64,000 nt of DNA from Candidatus Kapaibacterium sp. GTDB lineage: Bacteria; Bacteroidota; Ignavibacteria; Kapaibacteriales; UBA2268. Where the stretch lies: positions 1,856,001 through 1,920,000 of the forward strand of contig OY761611.1 of assembly GCA_963664875.1 (NCBI GenBank), in the 5' to 3' direction. The notes beneath the pieces were generated by a model. That model was not told the DNA's origin. It worked only from the letters and a program-made list of their open reading frames with translations, and did not search any database. This document shows positions 19,512 through 30,056 of the stretch, piece after piece. The translations under genes were made by a program, and so were the position numbers. How positions within the stretch are numbered: position 1 is the first letter of the stretch; the number at the start of each line of letters is the position of its first letter.

Positions 19512-19608
19512 ATCTTATAATTTTTGCTATTGACTTCTTGTTGTCATTTGGCAGCATATTTGATTTTTTAACTTAAATAGCAAAATAAAGCTCTTTTCAA
19601 TCTCAAAC

Positions 19609-19625
19609 ATGACATAATATGTCAT
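19609..19625. promoter_or_regulatory. Palindromic operator-like site upstream of rmuC
   Basis: ATGACAT-AAT-ATGTCAT with perfect 7-bp arms. Confidence 0.35.
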
Positions 19626-19676
19626 AATCAAAAGTATATTTGTATATTCTTAACAACCATCAGATATGGAGCGAAT

Positions 19677-21062
19677 ATGGAAATATACTCAAGCTTAGTA
19701 ATCATTGTATTGATTGTAGTGCAAATCCTACTGCTTCTTTTTAAAAAGCAGCAAGCCGGATTTGACACTACTTCTTTCAATGAGCGCCTAATCAGATTTG
19801 AAGCAGAATTAGCTTCTATCAAAGAAAATGTAGCTTCGTCTGCAGCAACAGGCAGACAGGAAATTGCCGAAAACAACAAAATTATACTTGAAACTCTTCT
19901 CGCTAACCTAAAACGTGCTGATGATTCTATGCGTTCAGGTTTTGACACCTTTTCTGCAAGAATTTCTGATTTTAGTGCCTCTCTCAATACAAACTTTATG
20001 ACTTTTCGCGAGATTATTGAAAACAGTAACTTCAATAGCCGCAATGAAATAAACTCTTCTTTCAAAACTTTTGAAGAAAAATTTTCTTCGTCCACTGCCA
20101 AATCATTAAAAGAAATTGCCGAAGTATTGCAATCAAGCATTGCCCTACTCAGCACTGAAAATGCAGGAAAGCTCGAACAAATGAGAATTGTAGTAGAAGA
20201 AAAGCTACAATCTACATTAGAAAGGAGACTCGGCGAATCTTTCAGACTTGTGAGCGACAGGCTGGAAAAAGTACAGCAGGGCTTAGGCGAAATGCAAAAT
20301 CTTGCAACCGGAGTTGGCGATTTAAAAAAAGTACTCTCTAATGTCAAAAACCGAGGAATGATAGGTGAGTATCAATTAGAAAATATTTTGGCACAAATCC
20401 TTTCACCCGAGCAATATGTCAAAAATGCTCACATCAATAATTCAAGCAAAGTTGTTGAGTTTGCTGTCAAACTTCCCGGCAGACTTTCAAATTCAGCGGT
20501 TCTACTTCCAATTGATTCAAAATTCCCTATCGAAAGCTATCAATCTCTTTTAGATGCCTACGACTCTGCAGATACGATCACAATAGAAACCAATAGGAAA
20601 AAGCTTCTTAGCTCTATTAAGAGTTTTGCAAAAGATATCTCAGATAAATATCTCCAACCACCTTTTACTACAGACTTTGCAGTTATGTTTCTTCCTGTGG
20701 AAGGTCTTTATGCTGAAGTATTGCGTAATGCAGGCTTATTCGAACAGCTCCAGACAGAATACAAAATAATTGTAGCTGGCCCAACTACACTTTCAGCATT
20801 GCTAAACAGCCTTTCTATGGGCTTTAAAACTCTTGCTATCGAAAAAAGAAGCTCTGAGGTCTGGGAAGTATTGAGTGGTGTCAAATCCGAATTCAACAAA
20901 TTTGAAGAAATACTCGAAAAAGCAAAGTCTAAGATTTTCCAAGCCGGCGATGAAATTGAAAAATTGGTGGGTACACGCACAAGAGCAATTAGCAGAAAGC
21001 TGAAAGATGTAGAAATAACTGACTACACTTCCGGGTCGGAACACTATCTCAAGGGAGATTAG
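19677..21062 (+). CDS. rmuC: DNA recombination protein RmuC
   Basis: N-terminal TM helix plus coiled coil; RGMIGEYQL, PIDSKFP, TDFAVMFLPVEGLYAE, GPTTL. Confidence 0.95.
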   Translation: MEIYSSLVIIVLIVVQILLLLFKKQQAGFDTTSFNERLIRFEAELASIKENVASSAATGRQEIAENNKIILETLLANLKRADDSMRSGFDTFSARISDFSASLNTNFMTFREIIENSNFNSRNEINSSFKTFEEKFSSSTAKSLKEIAEVLQSSIALLSTENAGKLEQMRIVVEEKLQSTLERRLGESFRLVSDRLEKVQQGLGEMQNLATGVGDLKKVLSNVKNRGMIGEYQLENILAQILSPEQYVKNAHINNSSKVVEFAVKLPGRLSNSAVLLPIDSKFPIESYQSLLDAYDSADTITIETNRKKLLSSIKSFAKDISDKYLQPPFTTDFAVMFLPVEGLYAEVLRNAGLFEQLQTEYKIIVAGPTTLSALLNSLSMGFKTLAIEKRSSEVWEVLSGVKSEFNKFEEILEKAKSKIFQAGDEIEKLVGTRTRAISRKLKDVEITDYTSGSEHYLKGD

Positions 21063-21316
21063 CGAAACTCAACATTTTTATTAATGTTTTGTTTATAGTG
21101 GGATTTCTTGTATATTATATTTCTATTTGGCACAAGTGAAGAGCATGAAACAACGGCAGTTAGCTTAGATGCTCCTTTTTTCTTGCCAAATAGATTATCA
21201 TTCCTTGACAAAGCCGGATTGAGCAGAATATTTTGCTAATTGAATTTAGACAATTGCCGGTTTTGAAAGAAAGTATATCTAATATCAATTTTCTATAACA
21301 AATAATTGAAATTGCC

Positions 21317-21862
21317 ATGAAAAGACCAAGCTGGGACGAACTATATATTACTATGTGCTATTTAGTTGGCATGCGAAGCAAAGACGAACACACTCATGTT
21401 GGATCAGTTATTGTCGATTCGGACAATATACTTGTTTCTACGGGATACAACTCTTTACCTCGCGGTGTCGAACCCGACCCAAACCGCACAAGACTTTCCA
21501 GAGATGGAGGAGAAAAATATTTTTGGGTTGAGCACGCAGAAAGAAATGCAATCTACAATGCAGCCAGAAGAGGAATTAATCTCAAAGGTTGCAAACTTTA
21601 TGTGCCTTGGACTCCCTGCAATGACTGTGCAAGAGGAATAATTCAAAGCGGAATAGCAGAGGTAGTTATTCATCAAAATGGGCAGGATTTTTACGACGAA
21701 CTTACCAATAATAAGTGGTCAGACGCCTACGAAAGAACATACACTATGTTCAGAGAATCGGGAGTAAAGCTCAGATTCGAAAAATGTGACGTCATAGTGC
21801 CCGAAATATACATGAATGGCAAAATGCACGATGCATTGGTTCATCTCAATCATAAGGAATAA
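21317..21862 (+). CDS. dCMP deaminase (ComEB-like)
   Basis: RPSWD, GYN, HAERNA and PCNDC Zn-deaminase motifs. Confidence 0.92.
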   Translation: MKRPSWDELYITMCYLVGMRSKDEHTHVGSVIVDSDNILVSTGYNSLPRGVEPDPNRTRLSRDGGEKYFWVEHAERNAIYNAARRGINLKGCKLYVPWTPCNDCARGIIQSGIAEVVIHQNGQDFYDELTNNKWSDAYERTYTMFRESGVKLRFEKCDVIVPEIYMNGKMHDALVHLNHKE

Positions 21863-21869
21863 TAAAAAA

Positions 21870-21915
21870 ATGGTATATCTACCACAACAGAGAAGTCTAA
21901 GGTTAGATATACCAT
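21870..21915. terminator. Inverted repeat between convergent genes
   Basis: 12-bp arms ATGGTATATCTA / TAGATATACCAT with an adjacent A-tract. Confidence 0.6.
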
Positions 21916-21933
21916 CTTTCTTATTATATCAAA

Positions 21934-22596
21934 TCATCTTTCCGATTGATTTCCAAATAGAGCAAAATCTTTTTTGTGTTTGCTAAGAATCAAACAGGCA
22001 ACTATTGTAATTAAAGCTTTTATCAACAAAGGATCGCTTGGCAATACAGCAAATAAATAAATTGCGGAATCAGGAAGTACCCAAATCAAAAACAATGTGA
22101 AGGTAGCTATAATATTTGCTTTATTTATGTCTCTGAAAATAAGTTTGTAAGATAAAAGCCAGATTGCAACCCACAAAACAATAGGCAAAAGATTGAAAAA
22201 TGCAAAAATACCAACTGCAGTAGCAAGCCCTTTGCCTCCTTTAAGCTTTAAGAAAGCAGAATAATTATGTCCGAATATCAAAGCTATAGCTGCAAGTGCC
22301 ATTTCAATTTCACCTGCATTAAGAAAGCTAAGTAGTAGCATAGGCAGCAAGCCTTTTAGGAAGTCTGCAATAAAAACCAGCACACCTATATACTTTTTGC
22401 CTGTACTTTCATAACTGTTCATGGCTCCTACATTCCCACTACCCACTTCTGTGATATTCTTGCCGGCTAATACTCTGACAAGAATAAAAGCAGAAGGAAC
22501 TGAACCAATTAGATAAGCAGCAATAACTATTAGAATCATAATTATACCAAAATCATTATCTTGATTATTTATGCTCAAGTTCGAGATAGAAATCAT
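21934..22596 (-). CDS. plsY: Glycerol-3-phosphate acyltransferase PlsY
   Basis: YLIGS, GSGNVGA, DFLKG, GHNYS, GGKGLAT; true start may lie a few codons downstream. Confidence 0.92.
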   Translation of the reverse strand: MISISNLSINNQDNDFGIIMILIVIAAYLIGSVPSAFILVRVLAGKNITEVGSGNVGAMNSYESTGKKYIGVLVFIADFLKGLLPMLLLSFLNAGEIEMALAAIALIFGHNYSAFLKLKGGKGLATAVGIFAFFNLLPIVLWVAIWLLSYKLIFRDINKANIIATFTLFLIWVLPDSAIYLFAVLPSDPLLIKALITIVACLILSKHKKDFALFGNQSER

Positions 22597-22636
22597 CTAA
22601 ACCAAACAATATTTGAGTAGCTATCAGATAGAATCT

Positions 22637-23800
22637 TTACCATTTAATTGCTTGTGCAGCAGATTCTGCAATCTGGTGGGCTTCGGCAGCACTTGGTGCT
22701 ACAGCCGTAATATGCCCCATTTTTCTGCCTCGGCGGCTCTGTTTTTTGTTGTATAAATGAAGCCAGACTTTTTTGTGTCGCATTAGTTCAATTATACTTT
22801 CAGGCACTCCCGCACCATCTCGCTCTCCTAAAAGATTAACCATCGCTGCTCCACCAGCAACTAATTTAGAAGAACCAAGCGGAAGGTTGCAGACAGCTCG
22901 AATGCCGTTTTCAAATTGCGAAGTATAACAACCTTCAATAGTATAATGACCGGAGTTATGAGGACGGGGAGCTATCTCGTTAATCAAAATTTTGTTGTCT
23001 GAAGTCAAAAAGAGTTCAACACCAAAAACACCAATGCCGTTTATAGATTCTACTGCTTTCAGAGCCATTTCTCTTGCATTTTGTCTCAATTCATCGCTAA
23101 TCTCTGCCTCTGCAATTACGGCATGGCAAATATGCTTGTACTGTATTGTCTCCACACAAGGATATACTTCTGTTTCGCCGGATACGTTCCGAGCTACTAT
23201 TACAGCAAGCTCTTTAGTAAAATCAACAAACTTTTCTGCCATCAAATCTCTTTTTTGATTGTCTCCTTTGAATCTTTCCCAAGCAGTATCCACATCTTCA
23301 GCTGAAAAAACGGTTGCATTTCCGTATCCGTCATAGCCATATTTTCTTGCTTTAATGACATAGGGATAACCGTTCGCAGCACCAAAAGCCTTAGCTTCTT
23401 CTGCAGTATTTATCTCTGCAAATTTTGGAACAGGAATGCCTGCATTTTCGAAAGTCTGCTTTTGGATATACTTATCCTGAACTAATCGCATTGTTGCCGG
23501 AGAGGGATATACAGGTTTTTTTTGAAGAATATAATCAAGAATTTCGGGATCTATAAACTCATTTTCTAAAGTAATGATATCCGATGCTTCTATAAATTTA
23601 TCCAAATTAGCTCTATCCGACCATCCGCCGGGGAAGTCTTGTTTTGTCATATCACCTGCCGGTGTATCAGTATCGTTTTCAATTACAGCTACATTAAGTC
23701 CCATTCTGTATGCGTCCAAAGCAAGCATTTTAGCAAGCTGACCTCCGCCAAGTATGCCAAGTGTCAAAGGTTTTTCGGGGTTAGTATATGAAAAAAGCAT
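22637..23800 (-). CDS. purK: N5-carboxyaminoimidazole ribonucleotide synthase
   Basis: GILGGGQL, GYDGYG, NEIAPRPHNSGH, RKMGH. Confidence 0.96.
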   Translation of the reverse strand: MLFSYTNPEKPLTLGILGGGQLAKMLALDAYRMGLNVAVIENDTDTPAGDMTKQDFPGGWSDRANLDKFIEASDIITLENEFIDPEILDYILQKKPVYPSPATMRLVQDKYIQKQTFENAGIPVPKFAEINTAEEAKAFGAANGYPYVIKARKYGYDGYGNATVFSAEDVDTAWERFKGDNQKRDLMAEKFVDFTKELAVIVARNVSGETEVYPCVETIQYKHICHAVIAEAEISDELRQNAREMALKAVESINGIGVFGVELFLTSDNKILINEIAPRPHNSGHYTIEGCYTSQFENGIRAVCNLPLGSSKLVAGGAAMVNLLGERDGAGVPESIIELMRHKKVWLHLYNKKQSRRGRKMGHITAVAPSAAEAHQIAESAAQAIKW

Positions 23801-23913
23801 AGAGCCTCAACTAATTTTTTACATCACATATTTATCCATATTCTCAAAGATACGGTATTTTTACTTTAGTAAAAAGTATATTCAATTCTACGGTAGAAAA
23901 CACTAAATATTTC

Positions 23914-23940
23914 GTAACCTTTTGGCTGCTTAAGCGTCTA
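23914..23940 (+). promoter_or_regulatory. Putative ECF sigma promoter 1
   Basis: GTAAC-N16-CGTCTA. Confidence 0.55.
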
Positions 23941-23992
23941 TATATTGAGAAACAAATCCATGTTTTTGACTCATCATTTTGAGGTAAGCGTC

Positions 23993-24208
23993 ATGTCAAC
24001 ATTTAATTTCAAATATCCGCTATTGACTTCTCTTTTTGGAATAGGCTGCATCTTACTACTCACAGGTAGAGTATTTGAAACCGAAATATCTGAATTTATG
24101 CTCGGATTTTTGGATGGTATGTCTGCAGTTTTTATCTTCTGTGGAGTTTCATACCTCTCCTATTGTGCATTCAAAAGAATTAATCCTCTAACTTTTGACA
24201 AAAATTAA
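23993..24208 (+). CDS. Small two-TM hypothetical membrane protein
   Basis: GAGG SD before ATG 23993, two hydrophobic helices, promoter-like motif upstream. Confidence 0.55.
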   Translation: MSTFNFKYPLLTSLFGIGCILLLTGRVFETEISEFMLGFLDGMSAVFIFCGVSYLSYCAFKRINPLTFDKN

Positions 24209-24333
24209 TACTACAAATTCTCGTAACAACTTGGGAATCATCCTCTCAAGCAGATTGTATCTGGAATGCTTGAAGGCACAATTCTGATTATTTGCACCCC
24301 TCCCCATATTGAATATTTTTTACAATACTAAAT

Positions 24334-24361
24334 GTAACCTTTTGTACTTTTGAAGTGTCTA
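24334..24361 (+). promoter_or_regulatory. Putative ECF sigma promoter 2
   Basis: GTAAC-N17-TGTCTA; shares GTAACCTTTTG and AAGYGTCTA with promoter 1. Confidence 0.5.
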
Positions 24362-24606
24362 ATGGGTGTATTCACATTTACAATTATCACTAATATATAC
24401 TTTGAGAGCAGATGTTTGCTTCTCATAGCTTCGTTCTATTCAATTAAATAATCCGGGCTTGTCTTGCTATGTGTTTAAAGGGAAAAGCGACAAGGTGTCG
24501 CAAAACAAAGCAAAATAAGATTTTCGCTTAGATAGTAGAGATTACCTTATTATCGGTATGCCTAATCTGCTATCGAAGCTATCAAAAACAGAAAGGATCA
24601 TTTATT

Positions 24607-27600
24607 ATGAGATTCCCAATTGCAATGAAAGCAGTTATTATTCTAATAATCGCTGCATCATACTCAGGCATGGCGAATATAAACAACGAAGCCGAATTCT
24701 ATACTTTCAAAACAAGAACTGTACAAACAAACAAAGGAGTATTCGGAGCAGCATCAATTAAAATTGAGCGCGCTCCCGAGCAATATTTTGAAAACGCAAT
24801 AATAATTAAAACTATTGAAAATACAGTAGTTAGCAGCAATCAAAAATCATTTTCGGGGACATCCCTAACTCAGGCTATAATTGATTTGAATATCAAATCA
24901 ATAAGGAATCCTATTGCTTCTTCTCTAAAGGCAGAAGACCCATTTGCATTGTCAAACATCTACGAGGTCTATTTTGACTCACCTGTAGATCCTTATGATG
25001 TATGTCGAGAGCTTATGAAAAATCCTGAAATTGAGTATGCTTCTCCTATTTACAAGAGAGAAATACATAAGGCAGTCAGCGATCCTCAGGCAGGTGTCCA
25101 ATATCATCTGAAAGAAATGAATGCTGAAGCCGCATGGGACATCACAACTGGTGATAAAAATGTAGTGATTGCTATTGTTGATTCCGGAGTTCAGACCGAT
25201 CATCCGGATTTAGCTGCTAACATTTGGACTAATCCCGATGAAATTGCAAATGATGGCATAGACAACGATGGAAACGGTAAAATTGATGATATTCATGGAT
25301 GGGATATGGTAGGCAATATTAGTCAGTCTGATATTGCTTACGGCAGATGGGCAGAAGACAACAACCCAAGCCCCGGAGTAACAACTCTCAACCACGGCAC
25401 TCATGTGGCAGGTTGTGCTGCTGCGGTTACTGATAATGCTATCGGTATTGCTTCGCTTGGTTTCAATTGTAGTATTTTGCCGGTAAAATGCTCTTCCGAA
25501 TCATCTTCGAGTGGCATCTATCGAGGTTACGAAGGTATTGCTTATGCTGCTGATTTAGGTGCTGATATAATTAACTGCTCATGGGGTGGCTTAGGTCAGG
25601 CTGCTTATGAACAGGAAATTATAGATGATGCAACATCAAAAGGCTCACTTGTTATTACCTCTGCCGGCAACGAATCATCTTATATTGATTTAAGTCCGAC
25701 TTACCCTGCCAATTACAAAAATGTTCTTACTGTGGGTGCTACTAAAGCCGGTGGGGATGTTACATTCTTCTCAAACTATGGCATTAGAGTTGATGTCTAT
25801 GCAGCTGGTAATGATATTTATTCCACTTTGCCAGGCAGCAAATATGGAAAGGAAAGCGGAACTTCTATGTCATCTCCGATTGTTTCGGGTTTGGCAGGTC
25901 TTATCAAATCACTTCACCCTGATTGGGAAGCTATGCAGGTGGCTGCTCAAATCAGAGCAACTGCAGACTTAGTAAGTAAAGAAAAAAATATGGATAATAA
26001 ATTTTATTGCATTGCAAATGCATATAAAGCCCTATCTGTGAATAATCCTATCAATAATAAGAACGGTGAAACAACACCCGGACTTAAAATCTTTACTTAC
26101 AACCAAGGCAATAACATGGATTTTGTTTTTGATGGATATGCGGAGAAAAATCTAAATATTTACGTCATCAATTATCTGTCTGATGCTACAAATGTTACTG
26201 TTGAGCTCGAACCCTTAGATAACTTTATCAAACTTTCGGAGACTTCATTCAAGTTCAGCGATATAGAATCACTGTATGATGAGAAAATCAGCTTGAAAGC
26301 AACTTTGCTCGATAACTGTCCTTGGTCTGAAGGCTATGCGTATGTGCTGGTCAAATACAAAGCAGATAATTACGAAGATTTTGAGCTTATGAAACTTGAT
26401 ATTAAAACAAATCAAAAAACAACATTTTCAAAGCTATCTACCAAAGGAGATGCTCCTGATTTTACAGATTGGACAGATATTGCAAGTGCAGACGGCTCTA
26501 ATTTCTGGTGCGTAGGAGCCGGCGAGGAAGCATATTACGGCTACCTTCTGAAGTATAACAAAGTAGGTGGTATAAGTGCTTCTTATTTGCAAACTCCGGC
26601 TTACGATATTGAAGTAATTAACTCAAGTACAGCGTTTGTAGCTTCAAACGGAAGATATGATATTTCCAAGGTTTCTAAAACTACTAATGGTGGTACTTCC
26701 TGGACTAATTGCCTGACAGATTCTCTGACTGATTTTATCAATCAAATTCATTTTTATAGTGCTAAAAACGGCATTTTCCTGGGAAACCCCAAAGACGGTA
26801 AGTGGTGCGTGGCATCAACTACTGACGCAGGAGAGACATGGCAAAGATATTCATCGTTTGAAGCACTAAGCGATGAAATAAGCTATCCAAAATCAAATTG
26901 CTTCAATTTCGGAGATATTTATTTTGGAACTTCTGAAGGAAGGTTATTCTTCTCTGAGGACGCTGGAGCAGCGTGGTCTGTAAAAACAGTATTGCCCGGC
27001 AAAGAGATTCATTTTGTGGAATATATAGATAAAAACAGGGGCATTATAATATATTCGAACAAAGGAGATGCTTCTCGTCAGTTTATAGCTAAAACTAACG
27101 ACGGTGGCAATAATTGGACAACTGAAATTAAATCTTTCTCTGGTGATAATAAGATTATAAATACATTCAGGGCTCAAGACGGAGATGAAATATATGTAGT
27201 TAATCACAAGGGTGAAGTATTTTCTTCGAATAACTTATTTGATTCGATGCAGCCAATATTGTCAAAAAGAACTCAACAAGTTGCTGTAAATGGATTGTAT
27301 GCTAAATCAGGCAAGGGTACTCTACTTCAATTTGGAGATTTTATCACAAGCCTTGAGTTCAACTACGACAAGAAAGATGCAAAATCAGATTTGTCAGTTG
27401 TTACTTCCAGAGATTTGAATTTTGGATATGTAGCACCGGGAACTTCATCTTCGCAGCAAGTCATACTACTTGCTTCAGGTAACCAAAACTCTTACATTTC
27501 AACGTCTGAAATAGAAAATGTAGATTGCGAAGACGGAGAGTTTTCTATAGAGTCTAACTTCCCAATAAATATGAATTCAGGAACTTATGCAGCAGGTATA

Positions 27601-27993
27601 ATTAAATTTACTCCTAATAGCAAAGGTTTGAAGACTGCGAGACTAATCATAAATAACAATTCCGACGAGAGTAGGATTGTTGTTAATCTCAAAGGTGCCG
27701 GTGACCCTATTTCTTCAGTGGATAGAGGGGTTGCTCTCAAAAAAGCAATTTCTGTTTTCCCAAATCCTGCTAAAGAAAAAGTTAGCTTCAAATTTGAAAT
27801 TGCTCTTCTATCTGAAACAGCAAATGTTAAAATCAATGACATAAAAGGACAAAATGTCTTGACATTTGACAATCTTCAGCTGAATGATAAGCAAATTACT
27901 GTAGATTGCTCCGAGTTGAATTCAGGAACATATTTTGCTGATTTCGAAATTGGCGGCAAAAAATACTTAACGAAATTTGTTATTTCGAAATAG
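24607..27993 (+). CDS. Secreted S8 subtilase with Asp-box propeller, Ig-like domain and T9SS C-terminal sorting domain
   Basis: Catalytic triad AIVDSG / NHGTHVAG / SGTSMSSP; Asp-boxes KTTNGGTSW, STTDAGETW, SEDAGAAW, KTNDGGNNW; C-terminal SVFPNPA...GTYF...KFVISK. Confidence 0.92.
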   Translation: MRFPIAMKAVIILIIAASYSGMANINNEAEFYTFKTRTVQTNKGVFGAASIKIERAPEQYFENAIIIKTIENTVVSSNQKSFSGTSLTQAIIDLNIKSIRNPIASSLKAEDPFALSNIYEVYFDSPVDPYDVCRELMKNPEIEYASPIYKREIHKAVSDPQAGVQYHLKEMNAEAAWDITTGDKNVVIAIVDSGVQTDHPDLAANIWTNPDEIANDGIDNDGNGKIDDIHGWDMVGNISQSDIAYGRWAEDNNPSPGVTTLNHGTHVAGCAAAVTDNAIGIASLGFNCSILPVKCSSESSSSGIYRGYEGIAYAADLGADIINCSWGGLGQAAYEQEIIDDATSKGSLVITSAGNESSYIDLSPTYPANYKNVLTVGATKAGGDVTFFSNYGIRVDVYAAGNDIYSTLPGSKYGKESGTSMSSPIVSGLAGLIKSLHPDWEAMQVAAQIRATADLVSKEKNMDNKFYCIANAYKALSVNNPINNKNGETTPGLKIFTYNQGNNMDFVFDGYAEKNLNIYVINYLSDATNVTVELEPLDNFIKLSETSFKFSDIESLYDEKISLKATLLDNCPWSEGYAYVLVKYKADNYEDFELMKLDIKTNQKTTFSKLSTKGDAPDFTDWTDIASADGSNFWCVGAGEEAYYGYLLKYNKVGGISASYLQTPAYDIEVINSSTAFVASNGRYDISKVSKTTNGGTSWTNCLTDSLTDFINQIHFYSAKNGIFLGNPKDGKWCVASTTDAGETWQRYSSFEALSDEISYPKSNCFNFGDIYFGTSEGRLFFSEDAGAAWSVKTVLPGKEIHFVEYIDKNRGIIIYSNKGDASRQFIAKTNDGGNNWTTEIKSFSGDNKIINTFRAQDGDEIYVVNHKGEVFSSNNLFDSMQPILSKRTQQVAVNGLYAKSGKGTLLQFGDFITSLEFNYDKKDAKSDLSVVTSRDLNFGYVAPGTSSSQQVILLASGNQNSYISTSEIENVDCEDGEFSIESNFPINMNSGTYAAGIIKFTPNSKGLKTARLIINNNSDESRIVVNLKGAGDPISSVDRGVALKKAISVFPNPAKEKVSFKFEIALLSETANVKINDIKGQNVLTFDNLQLNDKQITVDCSELNSGTYFADFEIGGKKYLTKFVISK

Positions 27994-28042
27994 CATGCTA
28001 TATGCAAATTAAGTATATCTAACGATATTTATTACTTAAACT

Positions 28043-28083
28043 ATCAAACTGAGGGGGACTTTGAGTCCTCCTTGTTTGATTTT
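28043..28083 (+). terminator. Terminator after the S8 protease
   Basis: ATCAAAC..GAGGGGGACT-ttg-AGTCCTCCTT..GTTTGAT hairpin. Confidence 0.55.
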
Positions 28084-28239
28084 CACCACCCATCCTCTAA
28101 TTATTCTCACTCCGCATTATATCCAACTATCTCAGACGGCATCGAAATACTCTATCATATTTTGTGTCTTTGTATGTTTTTAGTATAAAAAATACTTATA
28201 TTCGTAAATTCTAAAAAGAGTTAACGGAGAGTAAATAAA

Positions 28240-29127
28240 GTGAGTGAATTAGTAAAAAGAATTAGCGTTGCTTTGGTGGGTATTCCTTTATTCATAGGGA
28301 TGTTATATATGGGTGAATGGTGGTTTACGGCTTTTGTAACACTAATTTCGCTCGGTGCGCTTATCGAATATTACAATATGGAAAAGCACAAAGACGCTCA
28401 GGCTGTCAAGCGACCATCTATAGCCATTGGTGCCTTACTACCAATTTCTTTTTATTACTCGCTGGTAAATATTTCTGCTACTGCCTCTTTTGCAATAGTT
28501 ATCGCATTATTGTTTGCTATTCCTGCATTATCTCTGATATTTGAAATTTTTTCCGGCAGAAAAAATTCTGTTTTGAATTTTTCCGCATCGCTCTCAGGCA
28601 TATTTTATATCTCGCTTCCTATGGTTTCAATGATTATGTTGCGAAATTTTAACGGAGTTACTTCAATATTCCCTGAGGGAACTTATTCTTATTTTGCTTC
28701 ATGGGCGTATTCCGATTTCGCTTGGTTGGTCTTGCTTGTGCTTTCTGCTATCTGGATTTGCGACTCTGCAGCTTACTTTGGCGGTATGGCTATGGGCAAA
28801 CACAAATTATTTGAAAGAGTAAGCCCAAAAAAAACTTGGGAAGGTGCTCTATGGGGCTTTGTCGGAGCCGTTGCAGGTTCATACTTTCTTGGTGAAGCTA
28901 TTTTGCCGGAGCACCCTTCATTCCTGACTATAATAATCGGAATTGTTGCGGGAGTTTTTGGGCAAATAGGTGATCTTGGAGAATCCCTTTTAAAAAGAGA
29001 CGCCGGCATCAAAGACAGTTCCAACTTTTTCCCCGGCCATGGAGGATTTTTAGATAGATTTGACAGTGTCCTTTTTGTTTTTCCGATACTTACAGCAGCA
29101 TTGATTTTGTTCGGCTATTTTCTTTAA
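28240..29127 (+). CDS. cdsA: Phosphatidate cytidylyltransferase
   Basis: DSAAYFGG, SPKKTWEG, GDLGESLLKR, KDSSNFFPGHGGFLDRFDS. Confidence 0.96.
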   Translation: MSELVKRISVALVGIPLFIGMLYMGEWWFTAFVTLISLGALIEYYNMEKHKDAQAVKRPSIAIGALLPISFYYSLVNISATASFAIVIALLFAIPALSLIFEIFSGRKNSVLNFSASLSGIFYISLPMVSMIMLRNFNGVTSIFPEGTYSYFASWAYSDFAWLVLLVLSAIWICDSAAYFGGMAMGKHKLFERVSPKKTWEGALWGFVGAVAGSYFLGEAILPEHPSFLTIIIGIVAGVFGQIGDLGESLLKRDAGIKDSSNFFPGHGGFLDRFDSVLFVFPILTAALILFGYFL

Positions 29128-29162
29128 TTAGTTACTAGATTTTTTTTTAAATGCCGAATTTT

Positions 29163-30056
29163 TTATTCGCAATCAAGCATATTTTTAATACCTGTTTGTA
29201 AATCTGACGGAGCAAAATCTATTTCTCGGAGAGTTTTAATATTTGTAAGCCCACCGCTTTCAGGTCGTTGTGCTTTTTGAACAAGTGAAGAAGACGGCAC
29301 AGGACTAATAAGAGAACTATCCAAACCGATAGCCCGAGCTGTTTCAAGTGCAATATTGTACCTATCAGCAAGAAATGAGCCTGCTACATTAAAAATGCCC
29401 ATACTGTTTTTTTGAATAAATCTCAGAACTGCCTCGGCTATATCCTGCGAATAAGTTGGATTGCCTGATTGTCCTGTGATAATATTCAATTTCCTGTTCT
29501 GTCTAAGGTTATCAATTATCCAGCGTATGAAATCACTTTTCCCATAGCTTGAATTACCATATACGATATTGGTACGGATAATCAGAAAATTCGTGTGATT
29601 AGCCCGAATTAGATTTTCACCTGCAAGTTTCGATTTACCATAAAAAGACAAAGGATTGGGCAATTCATCTTCTGTATAGGGACCATTTTTACCGTCAAAA
29701 ATGTAATCCGTAGAAAAATGTATGAGTTTGCTGTCGAGTGATCTTGAAATTTTTGCTAATGTTTCCGGCAACTCAGCATTGATTGACATTGCTTCGTGTT
29801 TGTTATCCTCACATGCATCTACATTAGTATATGCAGCTGCATTTATGATTATAGATGGAGTGAACTCTCGTATAGTCTGACGTAAAGACTTTTTGTCTGT
29901 AAGGTTTACATTTGCTATTGATACATTAGGCAAAAAACTATGCTCAGAACGATTGCTGATTATTAAAATTTCGCTTTCTGTTCTCGATTTTAATACTTTG
30001 CAAACGGCTTCACCTACTTTTCCGGTAGCACCCAAAAGCACTATTTTGTGTTTCAT
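29163..30056 (-). CDS. rfbD: dTDP-4-dehydrorhamnose reductase
   Basis: GATGKVG, AAAYTNVD, STDYIFDG, YGKSKLAGE. Confidence 0.9.
   Translation of the reverse strand: MKHKIVLLGATGKVGEAVCKVLKSRTESEILIISNRSEHSFLPNVSIANVNLTDKKSLRQTIREFTPSIIINAAAYTNVDACEDNKHEAMSINAELPETLAKISRSLDSKLIHFSTDYIFDGKNGPYTEDELPNPLSFYGKSKLAGENLIRANHTNFLIIRTNIVYGNSSYGKSDFIRWIIDNLRQNRKLNIITGQSGNPTYSQDIAEAVLRFIQKNSMGIFNVAGSFLADRYNIALETARAIGLDSSLISPVPSSSLVQKAQRPESGGLTNIKTLREIDFAPSDLQTGIKNMLDCE

Noticed and set aside
19628-20347. 239-aa antisense ORF
   Set aside because: Shadow frame of rmuC with no recognisable motifs
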